A stretch of DNA of 57,698 nucleotides, taken from assembly GCF_001194135.2 (NCBI RefSeq), contig NC_068984.1, positions 85,331,155 to 85,388,852 on the forward strand. Reading direction: 5' to 3'. The position numbers and the translations under genes were made by a program. Below the pieces are notes generated by a model, which worked only from the letters and a program-made list of their open reading frames with translations, was not told the DNA's origin and made no database searches. The DNA is from Octopus bimaculoides (taxonomy: Eukaryota). The first letter of the stretch is position 1; every line of letters begins with the position of its first letter. Positions 35,949-49,143 of the stretch are shown here, in pieces.

Positions 35949-36172
35949 TGTATGTGTGTGTGTTTAGATTAGAGAGCAATCGCCATATTTCATTCCACAA
36001 CAGCTACTTCTGATGAGTGCATGTTACATAATCGAACTATCACCTAACACTCCGTTGAACCCCTGATACGAAACCTATTGGTAAGATGAGCCGTACTGGC
36101 TATATAATACTGTATACTTCGATTAATTTATATATATTAATTTATATATTAATTTATATATATATATATACA

Positions 36173-36206
<34 letters not shown>

Positions 36207-36237
36207 CATACATACATATATATATATAATATATATA

Positions 36238-36519
36238 GGCGCAGGAGTGGCTGTGTGGTAAGCAGCTTGCTTACCAACCACATGGTTCCGGGTTCAGTCC
36301 CACTGCGTGGCACCTTGGGCAAGTGTCTTCTGCTATAGCCTCGGGCCGACCAAAGCCTTGTGAGTGGATTTGGTAGACGGAAACTGAAAGAAGCCCGTCG
36401 TATATATGTATATATATATATGTATGTGTGTTTGTCCCCCCACCATCGCTTGACAACCGATGCTGGTGTGTTTACGTCCCCGTAACTTAGCGGTTCGGCA
36501 AAAAGAGACCGATAGAATA
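36238..36519 (+). mobile_element. Young CORE-like SINE, 3' part lost in a gap
   Basis: GGCGCAGGAGTGGCTGTGTGGTAAG...GGTTCAGTCCCACTGCGTGGCACCTTGGGCAAGTGTCTTC... Confidence 0.9.
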
Positions 36520-36784
36520 NNNNNNNNNNNNNNNNNNNNNNNNNNNNNNNNNNNNNNNNNNNNNNNNNNNNNNNNNNNNNNNNNNNNNNNNNNNNNNNNN
36601 NNNNNNNNNNNNNNNNNNNNNNNNNNNNNNNNNNNNNNNNNNNNNNNNNNNNNNNNNNNNNNNNNNNNNNNNNNNNNNNNNNNNNNNNNNNNNNNNNNNN
36701 NNNNNNNNNNNNNNNNNNNNNNNNNNNNNNNNNNNNNNNNNNNNNNNNNGTATATGTACATACTTACATCTATACGTATATATA

Positions 36785-36826
<42 letters not shown>

Positions 36827-36839
36827 TGCATATGTGGAC

Positions 36840-37135
36840 ATTGTACGTTATGAAACGTGTACAACAAAAAAGTACGAAGCACGAGTGCATGGAACATGAA
36901 CTATTCTTTCGAACAACGAAAGACACAAATGGAAAACAAAACACACATAAAGACCCTTCATTAGTTGTTGGCTGATTTTCTAGTCTAGTATTTCGAGCAT
37001 TTAACAACAATATACGCTTTCGATAAAACAGTTGCTCCCTCTGCGGAGGGTCAAAATAGGTAACACAAACAGGACGGTGAGAACAAACAGGAAGGGCTGC
37101 TAAGCCTAAACAAGGTTGTGGTGGCGAATGCGTAA
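36840..37135 (-). repeat. Interspersed repeat related to 31500-31660 (CAACT(G/A)ATGAAGG family)
   Basis: Minus-strand GCTCGAAA...CCAACAACTAATGAAGGGTCTTTATGTGTGTTTTGTTTTCCATTT resembles CCGACAACTGATGAAGGTTCGTTCTCTGTG...GTTTTCCATTT at 31532. Confidence 0.5.
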
Positions 37136-37789
37136 ATCAGGTTAAGACAGGAAACAAACAAGAGCACATCTTGTTCCAGCTACAACGGAGAGAAAGAAAG
37201 AAAGATGGCCGATGGTCACGTGGGAGGCACGTGAGCAAGGGAGGAGGAGTGAGGGAGAGAGAGTGACAGAGTAATAGGATAGAACAGTGGGAGAAGAGGA
37301 GGTAAAAGAATAAGAGTGAGAAAAAGAGAGAAAAATGAATGAGCAAAGCGTATAGAGTGCGCATCAGAATCATTAAGATAAAACCTACATATGTATGTAC
37401 ATATACATGTGTGTGTGTCTCTGTGTGTATGTGTGTGCGCGCGCGTGCGTGTTTGTATGTATATATATACACAGACACACTCACATACATACATACATAC
37501 ATATTTCTTTATGCCGGATGTATAAAAGATTTCAACATACAGCTTCCAATCCTTTAATCAACTAATATTCCTGCAATCAAACACTGGTTTCTCTTCAGGC
37601 TATCACCATATATGGAAATAACTATGGAAGACAAGTATAAAAAATTATATTATCCAGAATATACTTCACTGCATTTATGTAGCTGTTCAATATGAATGCG
37701 CGAATCATATCTGACTAATAAGTCAGTTCTATAAATAACCTCTGACCTATTTGACAGATATTCGTTTGGGAAGAGGTGTCCCTCTGTGG

Positions 37790-37836
<47 letters not shown>

Positions 37837-38877
37837 TGCCTGTTTGGAGAGTTGGGTGTAGTCGAAGGTAGTTGAGGGTGTGAGCTGGTGCGTGTGTGAG
37901 CGCTTCTTTTGAGTGTCTAACTGCTGAATTTCTATGTTATGGCTTTTCTGTTCATATAAGCAATGTTAAATCTCTGAAATATATATATATATACACTGAC
38001 GGTGCTCCAGTATGGCCACAGCCTTTGGGCTGAAACATAAAAATGAAATATATATGCATACATACATACGTACATATATACATATANNNNNNNNNNNNNN
38101 NNNNNNNNNNNNNNNNNNNNNNNNNNNNNNNNNNNNNNNNNNNNNNNNNNNNNNNNNNNNNNNNNNNNNNNNNNNNNNNNNNNNNNNNNNNNNNNNNNNN
38201 NNNNNNNNNNNNNNNNNNNNNNNNNNNNNNNNNNNNNNNNNNNNNNNNNNNNNNNNNNNNNNNNNNNNNNNNNNNNNNNNNNNNNNNNNNNNNNNNNNNN
38301 NNNNNNNNNNNNNNNNNNNNNNNNNNNNNNNNNNNNNNNNNNNNNNNNNNNNNNNNNNNNNNNNNNNNNNNNNNNNNNNNNNNNNNNNNNNNNNNNNNNN
38401 NNNNNNNNNNNNNNNNNNNNNNNNNNNNNNNNNNNNNNNNNNNNNNNNNNNNNNNNNNNNNNNNNNNNNNNNNNNNNNNNNNNNNNNNNNNNNNNNNNNN
38501 NNNNNNNNNNNNNNNNNNNNNNNNNNNNNNNNNNNNNNNNNNNNNNNNNNNNNNNNNNNNNNNNNNNNNNNNNNNNNNNNNNNNNNNNNNNNNNNNNNNN
38601 NNNNNNNNNNNNNNNNNNNNNNNNNNNNNNNNNNNNNNNNNNNNNNNNNNNNNNNNNNNNNNNNNNNNNNNNNNNNNNNNNNNNNNNNNNNNNNNNNNNN
38701 NNNNNNNNNNNNNNNNNNNNNNNNNNNNNNNNNNNNNNNNNNNNNNNNNNNNNNNNNNNNNNNNNNNNNNNNNNNNNNNNNNNNNNNNNNNNNNNNNNNN
38801 NNNNNNNNNNNNNNNNNNNNNNNNNNNNNNNNNNNNNNNNNNNNNNNNNNNNNNNNNNNNNNNNNNNNNNNNNNNNN

Positions 38878-38953
<76 letters not shown>

Positions 38954-38956
38954 CAG

Positions 38957-39071
38957 TGTTAGTGGTTGTGATAACCGACTCAGGGATAAAATATCCGTAT
39001 TACTATCGGTATTCGTTAGCGTATTATCCCCGGGCTTTGGTGCGCAGTCACACTATGCACGTTGAGTGCAG
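38957..39071 (+). CDS. Candidate 115-nt exon (phase 1-2) behind a (TG)n tract
   Basis: Acceptor (TG)n-AAACAG and donor CAG|GTAACA. Open frame LVVVITDSGIKYPYYYRYSLAYYPRALVRSHTMHVEC; CpG-rich relative to the flanks. Confidence 0.25.
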
Positions 39072-40689
39072 GTAACAACAGGATAAACAGGAGTTTATCA
39101 GGAAGCAAATACAAATAATCAGAAAATGGAGAAAACCACAGATTAACCAACACATCGATTGGACCACATTTATTGCTTATTTTTTTAATACCAAGCATGA
39201 CAACAAATAGGTGACGTATCAAATCTTACGGCCGCTTCCGCATCCGTTGCCAAACACTGTCTATAAATAATTGCGAAAATAAAGTTCTTCATCTTCACAG
39301 GACATTCATTCATCTTCATAGGACATTCGGAGCTTCATCAGAGTAAAAATCAAGAGTATCCAATATAAACAAAGGGAAGAAGAAATAGGAAAGGAAATAT
39401 GGCCTAGAAAAGAAGTCTAGAAGTCCAATATAATTAAAAGCATATAATCTAGCATCTTAGGGCTACGAAGTCCGTATGTAAAAGGTGAGCTAGTAATGGT
39501 CTAGGGAATACTACAGTTTATTTACGGGTAGTTTCAATTTAAGGGTGGCGGCCAATATGTTTTAAAACTAAAGAAAAGAAGTTACCAATATATATATATA
39601 TATATANNNNNNNNNNNNNNNNNNNNNNNNNNNNNNNNNNNNNNNNNNNNNNNNNNNNNNNNNNNNNNNNNNNNNNNNNNNNNNNNNNNNNNNNNNNNNN
39701 NNNNNNNNNNNNNNNNNNNNNNNNNNNNNNNNNNNNNNNNNNNNNNNNNNNNNNNNNNNNNNNNNNNNNNNNNNNNNNNNNNNNNNNNNNNNNNNNNNNN
39801 NNNNNNNNNNNNNNNNNNNNNNNNNNNNNNNNNNNNNNNNNNNNNNNNNNNNNNNNNNNNNNNNNNNNNNNNNNNNNNNNNNNNNNNNNNNNNNNNNNNN
39901 NNNNNNNNNNNNNNNNNNNNNNNNNNNNNNNNNNNNNNNNNNNNNNNNNNATATATATATATATAATATAATATAATATAATATAATATAATATATTATA
40001 TGTGTGTGTGTATGTATGTATGTATGTATGTATGTATGCATGCATTCATGTATGTATGTATGTATGTATCAATGTATAATAATGATAATTTCTCGTCTCA
40101 GAAATTGAGATAAGAATTGAAGGTGAATTAGTTAGAAATTAATTAAGTTAGAATCGTGCAAATTGATTCCATTTAGACTGAATTGTTCCAGTTACTTTTG
40201 CTGTAGGTAGCTAATTAGGAAAGTAGATAGGAACATTTAATTAGATTAGTGCTAAGAAAGACTGTTATTTCAATAGGTTATAGTTAATAGGAAACTACTA
40301 TAAATATGTGTTTCTAAAGAGGTATTAGCATCAATATCATTAGTAGTAGTAGCAGCAGAAGCAGCAGCTATAGTAGTAGTAGTAGTAGTGGTAGTGGTGG
40401 TGGTGGTGGTGGTGGTGGTGGTGGTGGTGGTTTTTAGTGTTGTCGTTGTTGCTGTTGCTGCTATTGCAGTCGTATATGAATCATTGAATGAACTTGATGT
40501 AAAAATGCGTTGCTAATTTTAAGAGTATCAGCAGGGCGAAATGTAGTGTGAAACGGTTTATTTGTGATTGAAAATTATAAATAACGTAATTAAATCTTCT
40601 AAATCTAGTTAGATAATTATAATTATTTGATTTAAAACTATCAATAGATATAAATTTGTATGGATAAGTATAAGTTTCAAGCATTTGTG

Positions 40690-41625
40690 CATGCAGAAAG
40701 TAATCGTTTCATGGTGTTCATTAAGAATAGTTTCTTTGGTGAATAAAATGGCTATTCTTCCAGTTGCTTGTAAATTACAATACCTGTTTTACTTGCATAG
40801 CTTGAGACTGGGCTCTTCAATTTAGATTAAATTAAATTCTTATATTCCAAGTTTCAAATGCAACGGATTTCTTTCTTTCTTTCTTTTTTTGTTTGTTTGT
40901 TTGGTGTGGTTGCTAAATGTGTGAGCATGGTCATCATATCGTGCTTTAACTGTCGTGTCGGAAAGCCGATGTAGGCATGTAATGAATCATTACGTCTTGT
41001 ATTGCTTTCATAAATTATATCGTCAGCTAGACACTTAGGTTCTAAGGAAGAGGTGTAAAGACAAATGTCTTCTTGAAAGCCACTTCTAGCAAGAGTTATA
41101 TTATTATTAAGTACAACTTCTGTAAATATTTACTCATTAGCTGATAGACCAGGCAATCTGTGTGAGATGTTTCGTTCAAGATTATTAATAATGTTCTTAG
41201 GGTGATTCAAGAGTTTATGTATATAGTTCAAATATTCAATTGGTTTCCCGAAAGTTAGTAGAATTAATATTTTTTTAATGATTATAGGACCTTGGTTGGA
41301 ATTTTTATTAAAATACTGTATTTTCTCATTAATTTTACAGTAGGAGCAGTATTTAATAGTTCCTAAATTTAAAGCCTTACCTCTGAAATTTAATACACTC
41401 GGACCATATCCTTTGTAATCACGAAATCTAACGCTCTGACTCTGTTGATAAAACCCTTCCTCGAGACACCATTCTAGCATAATGATTGATAAACAATGAA
41501 CTCTGCACAGCGGAATCTTCTCCGTTGTAAGACTTTCGTGTGCATCCTTATCAATTCAAATACTTCAGCGCCGTTAAGCGAACCCACAGCCACCTCAAAC
41601 AATCCTCGATCATTAACGTTTAAGC
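40690..41625 (-). mobile_element. Internally deleted Penelope-like element (RT and GIY-YIG remnants)
   Basis: GLFEVAVGSLNGAEVFELI (GxFDVTMGSxDGAE-like); NHPKNIINNLERNISHRLPGLSANE; KCLADDIIYES...AYIG...DTTVKARYDDHAHTF. Confidence 0.75.
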
Positions 41626-41933
41626 CATACGTTATGGTACTACAGACATAGACCAAAAGACTGTGGTAAACCATAAAAGAAAGAAGGGTGTAAGGAAGAA
41701 TCAAGAATGGCAAGAAAGAATGAGAATAAGAGAACGTGAAGAAAAAGAGAGAGAGGAGGAGGAGGAAGAAATAAGGTGCGACGGTTAATAGAGAGACACC
41801 CAACTTGGTCCAGCAATAAAACCTCGTATTAAATCGCTATACGAATAGAAACGTGGATAGCTTTAGAATATCAATTCGTTTGTTCATCTCCAACTAAGAC
41901 TTTATGATGTTTAATAGTCTTCTTAAGAACGCG

Positions 41934-41987
<54 letters not shown>

Positions 41988-42237
41988 GGCAGAGTTGTTA
42001 GACCATCGGATAGAATACCATGTAGTGTTTATTCCAATTCTTTCCACTCTGAGATCAACTTTACTTCTCTGTCTTTCGGGCTCGATAAAACTAGTGCCAA
42101 TCCTTGTTGGGAAGGACTGCAAGAATGTTGTATTGTATGCATTGCAGGGTTTGTATGTATGTTTGTATGTATATATGTATGTATGTTTGTATGTATGTAT
42201 GTATGTATGTATGTATGTATGTATGTATGTATGTATA

Positions 42238-42462
42238 TGAGCAGATTTGTGTGCTTTGTTTTATGTATATATTCTTATGTATGTAGTTGCATATCTAGAC
42301 ATGCTCATATATATTTAAATGATAAACTTTTGGAAAGTTTTACAGATTTTTACAGTTTCAGTGATGGATTGGATCTGTAGTCTTCGAATTAGCTTTCTCC
42401 TTTCTGGTTTTGAGAAGTTTGATTTCTCAAGATTGTTGTTTAGGCAGTGTGTTACATATCCC
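42238..42462 (-). mobile_element. Short 3' fragment of the (CATA)n-associated RLE LINE
   Basis: Minus-strand GYVTHCLNNNLEKSNFSKPERRKLIRRLQIQSITETVKICKTFQKFII*, with (TATG)n on both sides. Confidence 0.85.
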
Positions 42463-43904
42463 GTATGTATGTATGTATGTATGTATGTATGTATGTATGT
42501 ATGTATGTATGTATGTATGTATGCATGCATGCATGCATGCATGTATGTATGTATGTATGTATGTATGTATATGGAATGTGTTGTGTGTGCATTCGTTCAA
42601 ATAACTTTACTATGTCTACTTTCTTCGTCATCTAAACGTGTATGTGTATATATGTGTATATATGTGTATATATATGCATATGTACATAGTTATGTGTGGG
42701 TATGTGTATATATGTGCATATATGTATGTGTGCATGCATGTATGTATAAATATATTAACAAAGGTTACGATTTCACATTTAATAATCTTATTTTTAGCCT
42801 CGTTGTGAGCTTAAACCTCGCGATTAATCCACAGTGCTCTCGGCAGAAAGAGGATGAGAGATGAATCCACTAACGAGTAGTTTTAGATTTTCGTTAAAGT
42901 AATCGTCTGATTCAATAAGTCACCCTTATATGCTTGACGAAAGTAGCTTATTACAACTAAAAGAACACACTAGAACACACGAGAGAAAACTAACCTATAC
43001 TGAATTCATTTCTCGCTTTTCGTCTGCTAAAAGCCCCGTGGTTTAAATATGAAGCCAATTTTCACAACAGGGCTAAAAATAAATCTATTCGAAAATTTTT
43101 TTAAATGTAACCTTGGTAACATTTTCGGTCTCATAAATGCTATGTCAGTGATCTATTTAATTAATACGCACGGCCAACTTTGCACAGCTATGTAAATAAG
43201 GTATGGTTTATTCTGATTATGTTTACATTATAAGGGCAGGCCATATATTACCTATATGTAGCCAGTAGCTACTTTCTCCCAGCAGGCAGGGCTGAGTAAG
43301 CGAATCCTGACGATGACTTCAATGAAAGGGCCTATTTAATCATGGTGCTTATTTTCATAGTCAGGCTAAAAGTAAGTTTATTAAACATATAACTGTAATT
43401 TTGGTTACAATTTTCATCTCAAACGCTCTGTCGGTGTTCTAGCTACGCACAAACACATTCATACACATAGATACACACAGATACATTCAGACACTTACAT
43501 ATGTATGTATGTATGTATGTATGTATGAATGAACACATTGTCGACTCACTTAAATTGCATCCTGGATAATTACATAATTAGGTCAATTGCTTAAGTTTTC
43601 AAAGTATCAAACCCTTTCACATGAAATCTTGATAAAGTTCAACCGTTAATTGCATATGAAAATAAAACGGATTTCGGTTAATTGCCTAAAATATTTCCTC
43701 CGATCGATTTTCAATAATAAAATTGACCAAACCTTGTACTAAATCAGTATTTATTTAATTTGATGTGAATAAAGTGATTCTGCTAACGTCCGTTTCATAA
43801 GTTAAAACGACAGTTGTCAGCAAATTTTTCTAAACTTTCCAATAAATTAACATTACTGTCGACTATTCTAACTATGCTATTTATATTTACAATTTATTTA
43901 TTTA

Positions 43905-44209
43905 TGCGCCCTTTTAAAGCCTAGCCAGGCTCATGGGCCCGGTTTCCCGGTTTCTATGGCGTATGTGTTCTCCCAGCTGGACGGGACGCCAGTCCATCGC
44001 AGCGTTACTCAAGAAACAGGAAGAAAGAGTGAGAGAAAGTTGGGGCGAAAGAGTACAACAGAGGTCACCACCACCCCCTGCCGGAGCCTCGTGGAGTTTT
44101 TTTAGGTGTTTTCTCTCAATAAACACTCACAACGTCAGGTCTGGGAATCGAAACCGCGATCCTCCGACCGCGAGTCCGCTGCCCTAACCACTGGGCCATT
44201 ACGCCTCCA
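43905..44209 (-). mobile_element. tRNA-derived SINE (head shared with 25334-25700) with a V-SINE-like tail and (TAAA)n end
   Basis: Head TGGCCCAGTGGTTAGGGCAGCGGACTCGCGGTCGGAGGATCGCGGTTTCGATTCCCAGACC; tail GCGATGGACTGGCGTCCCGTCCAG...CCATGAGCCTGGCTAGGCTTTAAAAGGGCGCA. Confidence 0.9.
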
Positions 44210-44519
44210 CATATTTTCAATTGTTGACAATTTTATCTGAAAATTCATTAGAGATCAAATTTCTAAAAAGATAATTTTAGCCAAAGTTATGATTGGACGC
44301 CATCTTCTTTATTCTCATTCTGAATTACATTAGACTGTAACTGGCCCAATTAAATTTTCCGATATTTTGTTAGTTGTTTGAGTTGAGTAACTAATTAAAA
44401 GAAATTAATAGCATGAGAATCCGGTTCAAGTTTAAGTAACTGATATTTTTAAATCAAATACATTTTATAAATAAAAGTATTTTTAAATTAAGGAGGAATG
44501 AAAAACGAAGCCTTAAGCA

Positions 44520-44790
44520 CAGGGCATGGCTGTTCCCACAGAATAGCACCTTTGGCAAGTGTCTTCTACTATGACTCCGGACCGGTCAATGCTTTGCGAT
44601 TGAATTTGATCGAAGGAAACTATGCGGAAATCCATTGCATATGTGTGTATATGTCCTCCCACCGCTTGACAACAAATGTGTAATCTAACAGTTTGCCACA
44701 AGTGATTGTTAGAATATGTACCAGACTTTAAAAATAACAAGTATATGCCTACGCATGGCCGCAGCCCATTGACTGAAAAGATATGAAATA
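44520..44790 (+). mobile_element. Degenerate CORE-like SINE
   Basis: GGCATGGCTG...CACCTTTGGCAAGTGTCTTCTACTAT...CCGCTTGACAAC...GCATGGCCGCAG. Confidence 0.7.
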
Positions 44791-45074
44791 AAAGTAGGGT
44801 CAAGTCAAACGCTATCATACCGATACACATAAAAATAGTTTTGTGTTAGTGGGACCGTAAGTAAAGATATATTTTTAATTCTAATTCATTATATAATCCA
44901 TATATGTGTAACATAATGTCAATACCTCGTTACGATACACCATGCCAACAGTGGAGCTTCTTCGTGGTAGAAAATAGTAGGACATGGTAGGAAAAGCGTT
45001 CAAATTGTTTTCAAATCCCATTCTACCATCTTAATAAAATGATACACTGATAATCTTATCACATAAACACGTGT

Positions 45075-45245
45075 CTTTTCTCTTTCCGTTTTTTCCCTCT
45101 CTCCATTCTTTTCTTTTCTTGTTCCTTTCTGTAGAAGAGCGTGGGCTTGAAACGTCAACACTTTTCTGCTTTTCCTGAGCGTCAAACTAATGCACCTTGT
45201 TTGCTGTTCCCTGACCTGTCTCTATATTGTTTTGGGGTTGTTTTA
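45075..45245 (+). mobile_element. Short dispersed element with a hammerhead-like core (copy 2 of 3)
   Basis: CCTTT-CTGTAGA-A-GAGC-GTGG-GCTT-GAAACGTC at 45124-45156, then TTTCCTGAGCGTCAAACTAAT. Confidence 0.65.
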
Positions 45246-45289
45246 TTTTTACAATTTTGAACCATATGTATATACATATATATACATAA

Positions 45290-45352
<63 letters not shown>

Positions 45353-45490
45353 AAAAGGAAGGATGATCTTGAGTGGAACGCCTTTAAGTTATAGACATAC
45401 ACAATTAGCAATACATTGAAGCGCGACTAACAATACATTGAAATCTTGTAATTTTCCCTCGCATACTAACTAAAGCGGGTAATTGCATAC

Positions 45491-45688
45491 TTTGGTTATG
45501 CGCATTAAAATATCAGTTAATGGAGTTAGTACCCAATCATCATCATCCGGTCGGGTGACTTGCTGGGACCAATGCAACTCCTCCATGCCAGATCGAGCGA
45601 CGCGGCATGAACATTGTCCTTCGATAGTTGAAATGTCTCGTGTGCGCACATCATGGCTACAAATGATAGCAGTAGTTCGATAAAGGAA
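45491..45688 (-). CDS. Candidate 198-nt symmetric (phase 0-0) exon of an unidentified gene or element
   Basis: Acceptor GATTTGTTCAACCAG and donor AAA|GTATGC. 66 open codons FLYRTTAIICSHDVRTRDISTIEGQCSCRVARSGMEELHWSQQVTRPDDDDWVLTPLTDILMRITK; non-repetitive and GC-richer than the flanks. Confidence 0.4.
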
Positions 45689-46930
45689 CTGGTTGAACAA
45701 ATCGGGTGATATTCTGTTGATTGCTCAACCGCTCAACATCTAGTGATATTCGCCTGTGACTCAATAAGTTTCATTTGCCGGAACCGTTCGTATCTACCAT
45801 GCTGCATCTCATGATTTCAATGTACGCTGACTCGGGTAGTTACATGCCATTTAACCATAGCAAGGACACTGACGGGTGTTTTTACTCTGGGCTAGATTAG
45901 ACCTGTGAACAATAGTGACCCAGAAATGTTTCCACACGCCTTAAAATCTTGAAACACTCAAATTCAGGCCTCACTTCCAGATGCAGTTTAAAGTCATTCA
46001 CGGGACAATAATGCTCAATACTGAGTGTAAAGTATTAGAAGCTCCATGAAACATTACTCTAAGTTTCTTAGTGTATACGAAGATGTTTTCTGAAGTTTGT
46101 GTGTGTGTGTGTGTGTGAATATATGTATGTATGTGTGTGTGAATATGTGCGTATTGGACTTTACCAACGAGAATGGCATTTACATGGCCAGTTCAATCAG
46201 CTGATGCAACTATTCATTAAATTAACATGCAACATGGCCGAGTATTCCACAGACACCTATATAATCTTAGTTCTTTAACACTCACATTACTCTGTTACCA
46301 AATGCAATACTTGTTTATTCATATTGCTTTGAATTAATCATGCATTATCTCATAGTTTCAAGATTTCGATGTTGCGATTGTTTATTCTTAGAATAGCATT
46401 ATAGGGTAGGTGTGGGAGTCTGAATCTAGCCTGTTTGAACATTAAACACGCAGGTAGAGTATTCGGCAGGATATGACCGGTTTAAATTCTAAAAGCTAAA
46501 AGAATTCTTAAGTAGAATCAGCATAAGACATGAGACCCGGGTTCGAACTATAGTAACAGTCCACCTGACGGATTGTGTATGACTGCTGTCTATTCAGATT
46601 CACTTTCAGCCTGGGGCTAAAGAAACAGAAAAAAAAAGAAATAACAATTTCCCAGACTTTCGCGCATTAGGACAGAACCCGAGACCTCCTGGTTACAAAC
46701 ATGAAGGGTCTACGTTGGCTATGAGTTATCGATCGTCAAACGAGACGACTGTACACTGAATATTTGTGAAATGGTGGTTTTTTTAAACCGTGGGAACAAG
46801 TTTGTTTCCATGGTACTCAATCAGTAACGCACTATAAATTTATATGTATATAATCCACCCTTTCTTTCCTTCTCTCTCTCCTTCTATTTATCTATCTATC
46901 TATCTATCAAACTATCTATCTAGTTTTCTA

Positions 46931-46971
<41 letters not shown>

Positions 46972-47705
46972 NNNNNNNNNNNNNNNNNNNNNNNNNNNNN
47001 NNNNNNNNNNNNNNNNNNNNNNNNNNNNNNNNNNNNNNNNNNNNNNNNNNNNNNNNNNNNNNNNNNNNNNNNNNNNNNNNNNNNNNNNNNNNNNNNNNNN
47101 NNNNNNNNNNNNNNNNNNNNNNNNNNNNNNNNNNNNNNNNNNNNNNNNNNNNNNNNNNNNNNNNNNNNNNNNNNNNNNNNNNNNNNNNNNNNNNNNNNNN
47201 NNNNNNNNNNNNNNNNNNNNNNNNNNNNNNNNNNNNNNNNNNNNNNNNNNNNNNNNNNNNNNNNNNNNNNNNNNNNNNNNNNNNNNNNNNNNNNNNNNNN
47301 NNNNNNNNNNNNNNNNNNNNNNNNNNNNNNNNNNNNNNNNNNNNNNNNNNNNNNNNNNNNNNNNNNNNNNNNNNNNNNNNNNNNNNNNNNNNNNNNNNNN
47401 NNNNNNNNNNNNNNNNNNNNNNNNNNNNNNNNNNNNNNNNNNNNNNNNNNNNNNNNNNNNNNNNNNNNNNNNNNNNNNNNNNNNNNNNNNNNNNNNTGAT
47501 ATATGTATTGGGAAGAGGTACGTTTTTTTTAATATCTTTTATTGCCAATTAAATGAAGCATTGTGCGTCGATACCTTTAAACGCTTGAAGATGTAGTTAC
47601 TTGTGTTCTTTGGTCCTACACATGTTCTGCGTGAGTGAGTGCATGAGTACGTAAATCAATGTATGACTATTTGTGTGTGAGCGTGCTTGCATGCATATGC
47701 ACATT

Positions 47706-47792
<87 letters not shown>

Positions 47793-48118
47793 CATATACG
47801 CATATGCACTTATGGAAATATGAATGTGTCAGGGCATCGGTATGTGTATGAATTGTCTGTGTGTGTATGGGTGAGTGGATGTGTTTGTGTGTGTGTGTGT
47901 GTTTATGTGTGAGCATGTGTGTGTGTGCGCGGGCGTGCGTACGAAGGTATGTAGTGCATGTATATGTGGGGGTGTTTGAGTAATAGTGTACGTCACTGAT
48001 TATTTTCAAATGTAGCGAATATTCAAATCATTATGTCAACTATGGAGAATGAATGTTTCAAAGCGTGAGGAAAGAACGTCTCTCTTATTCTATCTCTCTC
48101 TCTCTTTCTCTCCATTTA

Positions 48119-48162
<44 letters not shown>

Positions 48163-48244
48163 AATTTCCCTTTCTATGGGTATATGCGTATGTGTATGCT
48201 TGTGTGTGTTTGTGTGTATGTATGTGTGTGCGTGTGATTCGGTC

Positions 48245-48322
<78 letters not shown>

Positions 48323-48414
48323 TGTATTTAGTGCGGTCTAGATATAAGTATAAAATATGTACATTCGTATATACGTTTACATGTATATATAAATATAAAT
48401 ATAATATACGTATG

Positions 48415-48448
<34 letters not shown>

Positions 48449-48756
48449 AATATAAATATATATATATTTGTCTCTGTATGTTTGTGCTTATGTGTGTATG
48501 CGTGTATGTGAGAGAGCTAGAGAATGTGTGTTTGTGTGTGTGTGTGCGCGCGCGCGAGTGAAATAGAAGAGCGAGACGATGTCTAAGCCCTATACAAAAC
48601 CGTGATCGGTTTAGTTCTTTAACAGGTTTAACAAGTTGACAAATCAGACCAGCACCAACCCCTCCCACGAAAACCACCACCATCACCACCACTACACTCC
48701 ATAGTTACTAACCTCTCTCTTTGCCCCCTCCCTGTTATTCCCTTTCTCTCTCTCTA

Positions 48757-48791
<35 letters not shown>

Positions 48792-48934
48792 TACTCTCTC
48801 TCCCTCTTCCTCTCCCGTCTCTCTCCCTCGCTCCCTTTCTCTTATGGAATGTTATTTATGCAACCATTTCAATATGTTTTATGACAACTCTGCTGGAAAC
48901 TTACTTATTCACTGGTCATTTAACTATATATTAC

Positions 48935-49030
48935 TATGACATTATCATTATCATCATCATTATTATTATTATTATTTTTATTATTATTATTATTATTATT
49001 ATAATTATTATTATTATCATTATTATTATT

Positions 49031-49062
<32 letters not shown>

Positions 49063-49085
49063 GAACATCATTATTATTAGTGTTG

Positions 49086-49128
<43 letters not shown>

Positions 49129-49143
49129 CATCATCATCATCAT
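48935..49143. repeat. (ATT/ATC)n microsatellite abutting the 3' end of the Dong-like LINE
   Basis: Directly visible. Confidence 0.95.

Noticed and set aside
36009-36090. CTGATGAG...GAAC and CTGATAC-GAAAC motifs; also minus-strand CTGATGAGG at 16512/16545 and CTGATGAAG at about 39340
   Set aside because: No complete set of stems I-III could be folded. At most these are decayed remnants.
46510-46720. tRNA genes suggested by GGTTCGAAC and a minus-strand tRNA-like stretch
   Set aside because: No cloverleaf can be formed. They resemble decayed SINE heads.
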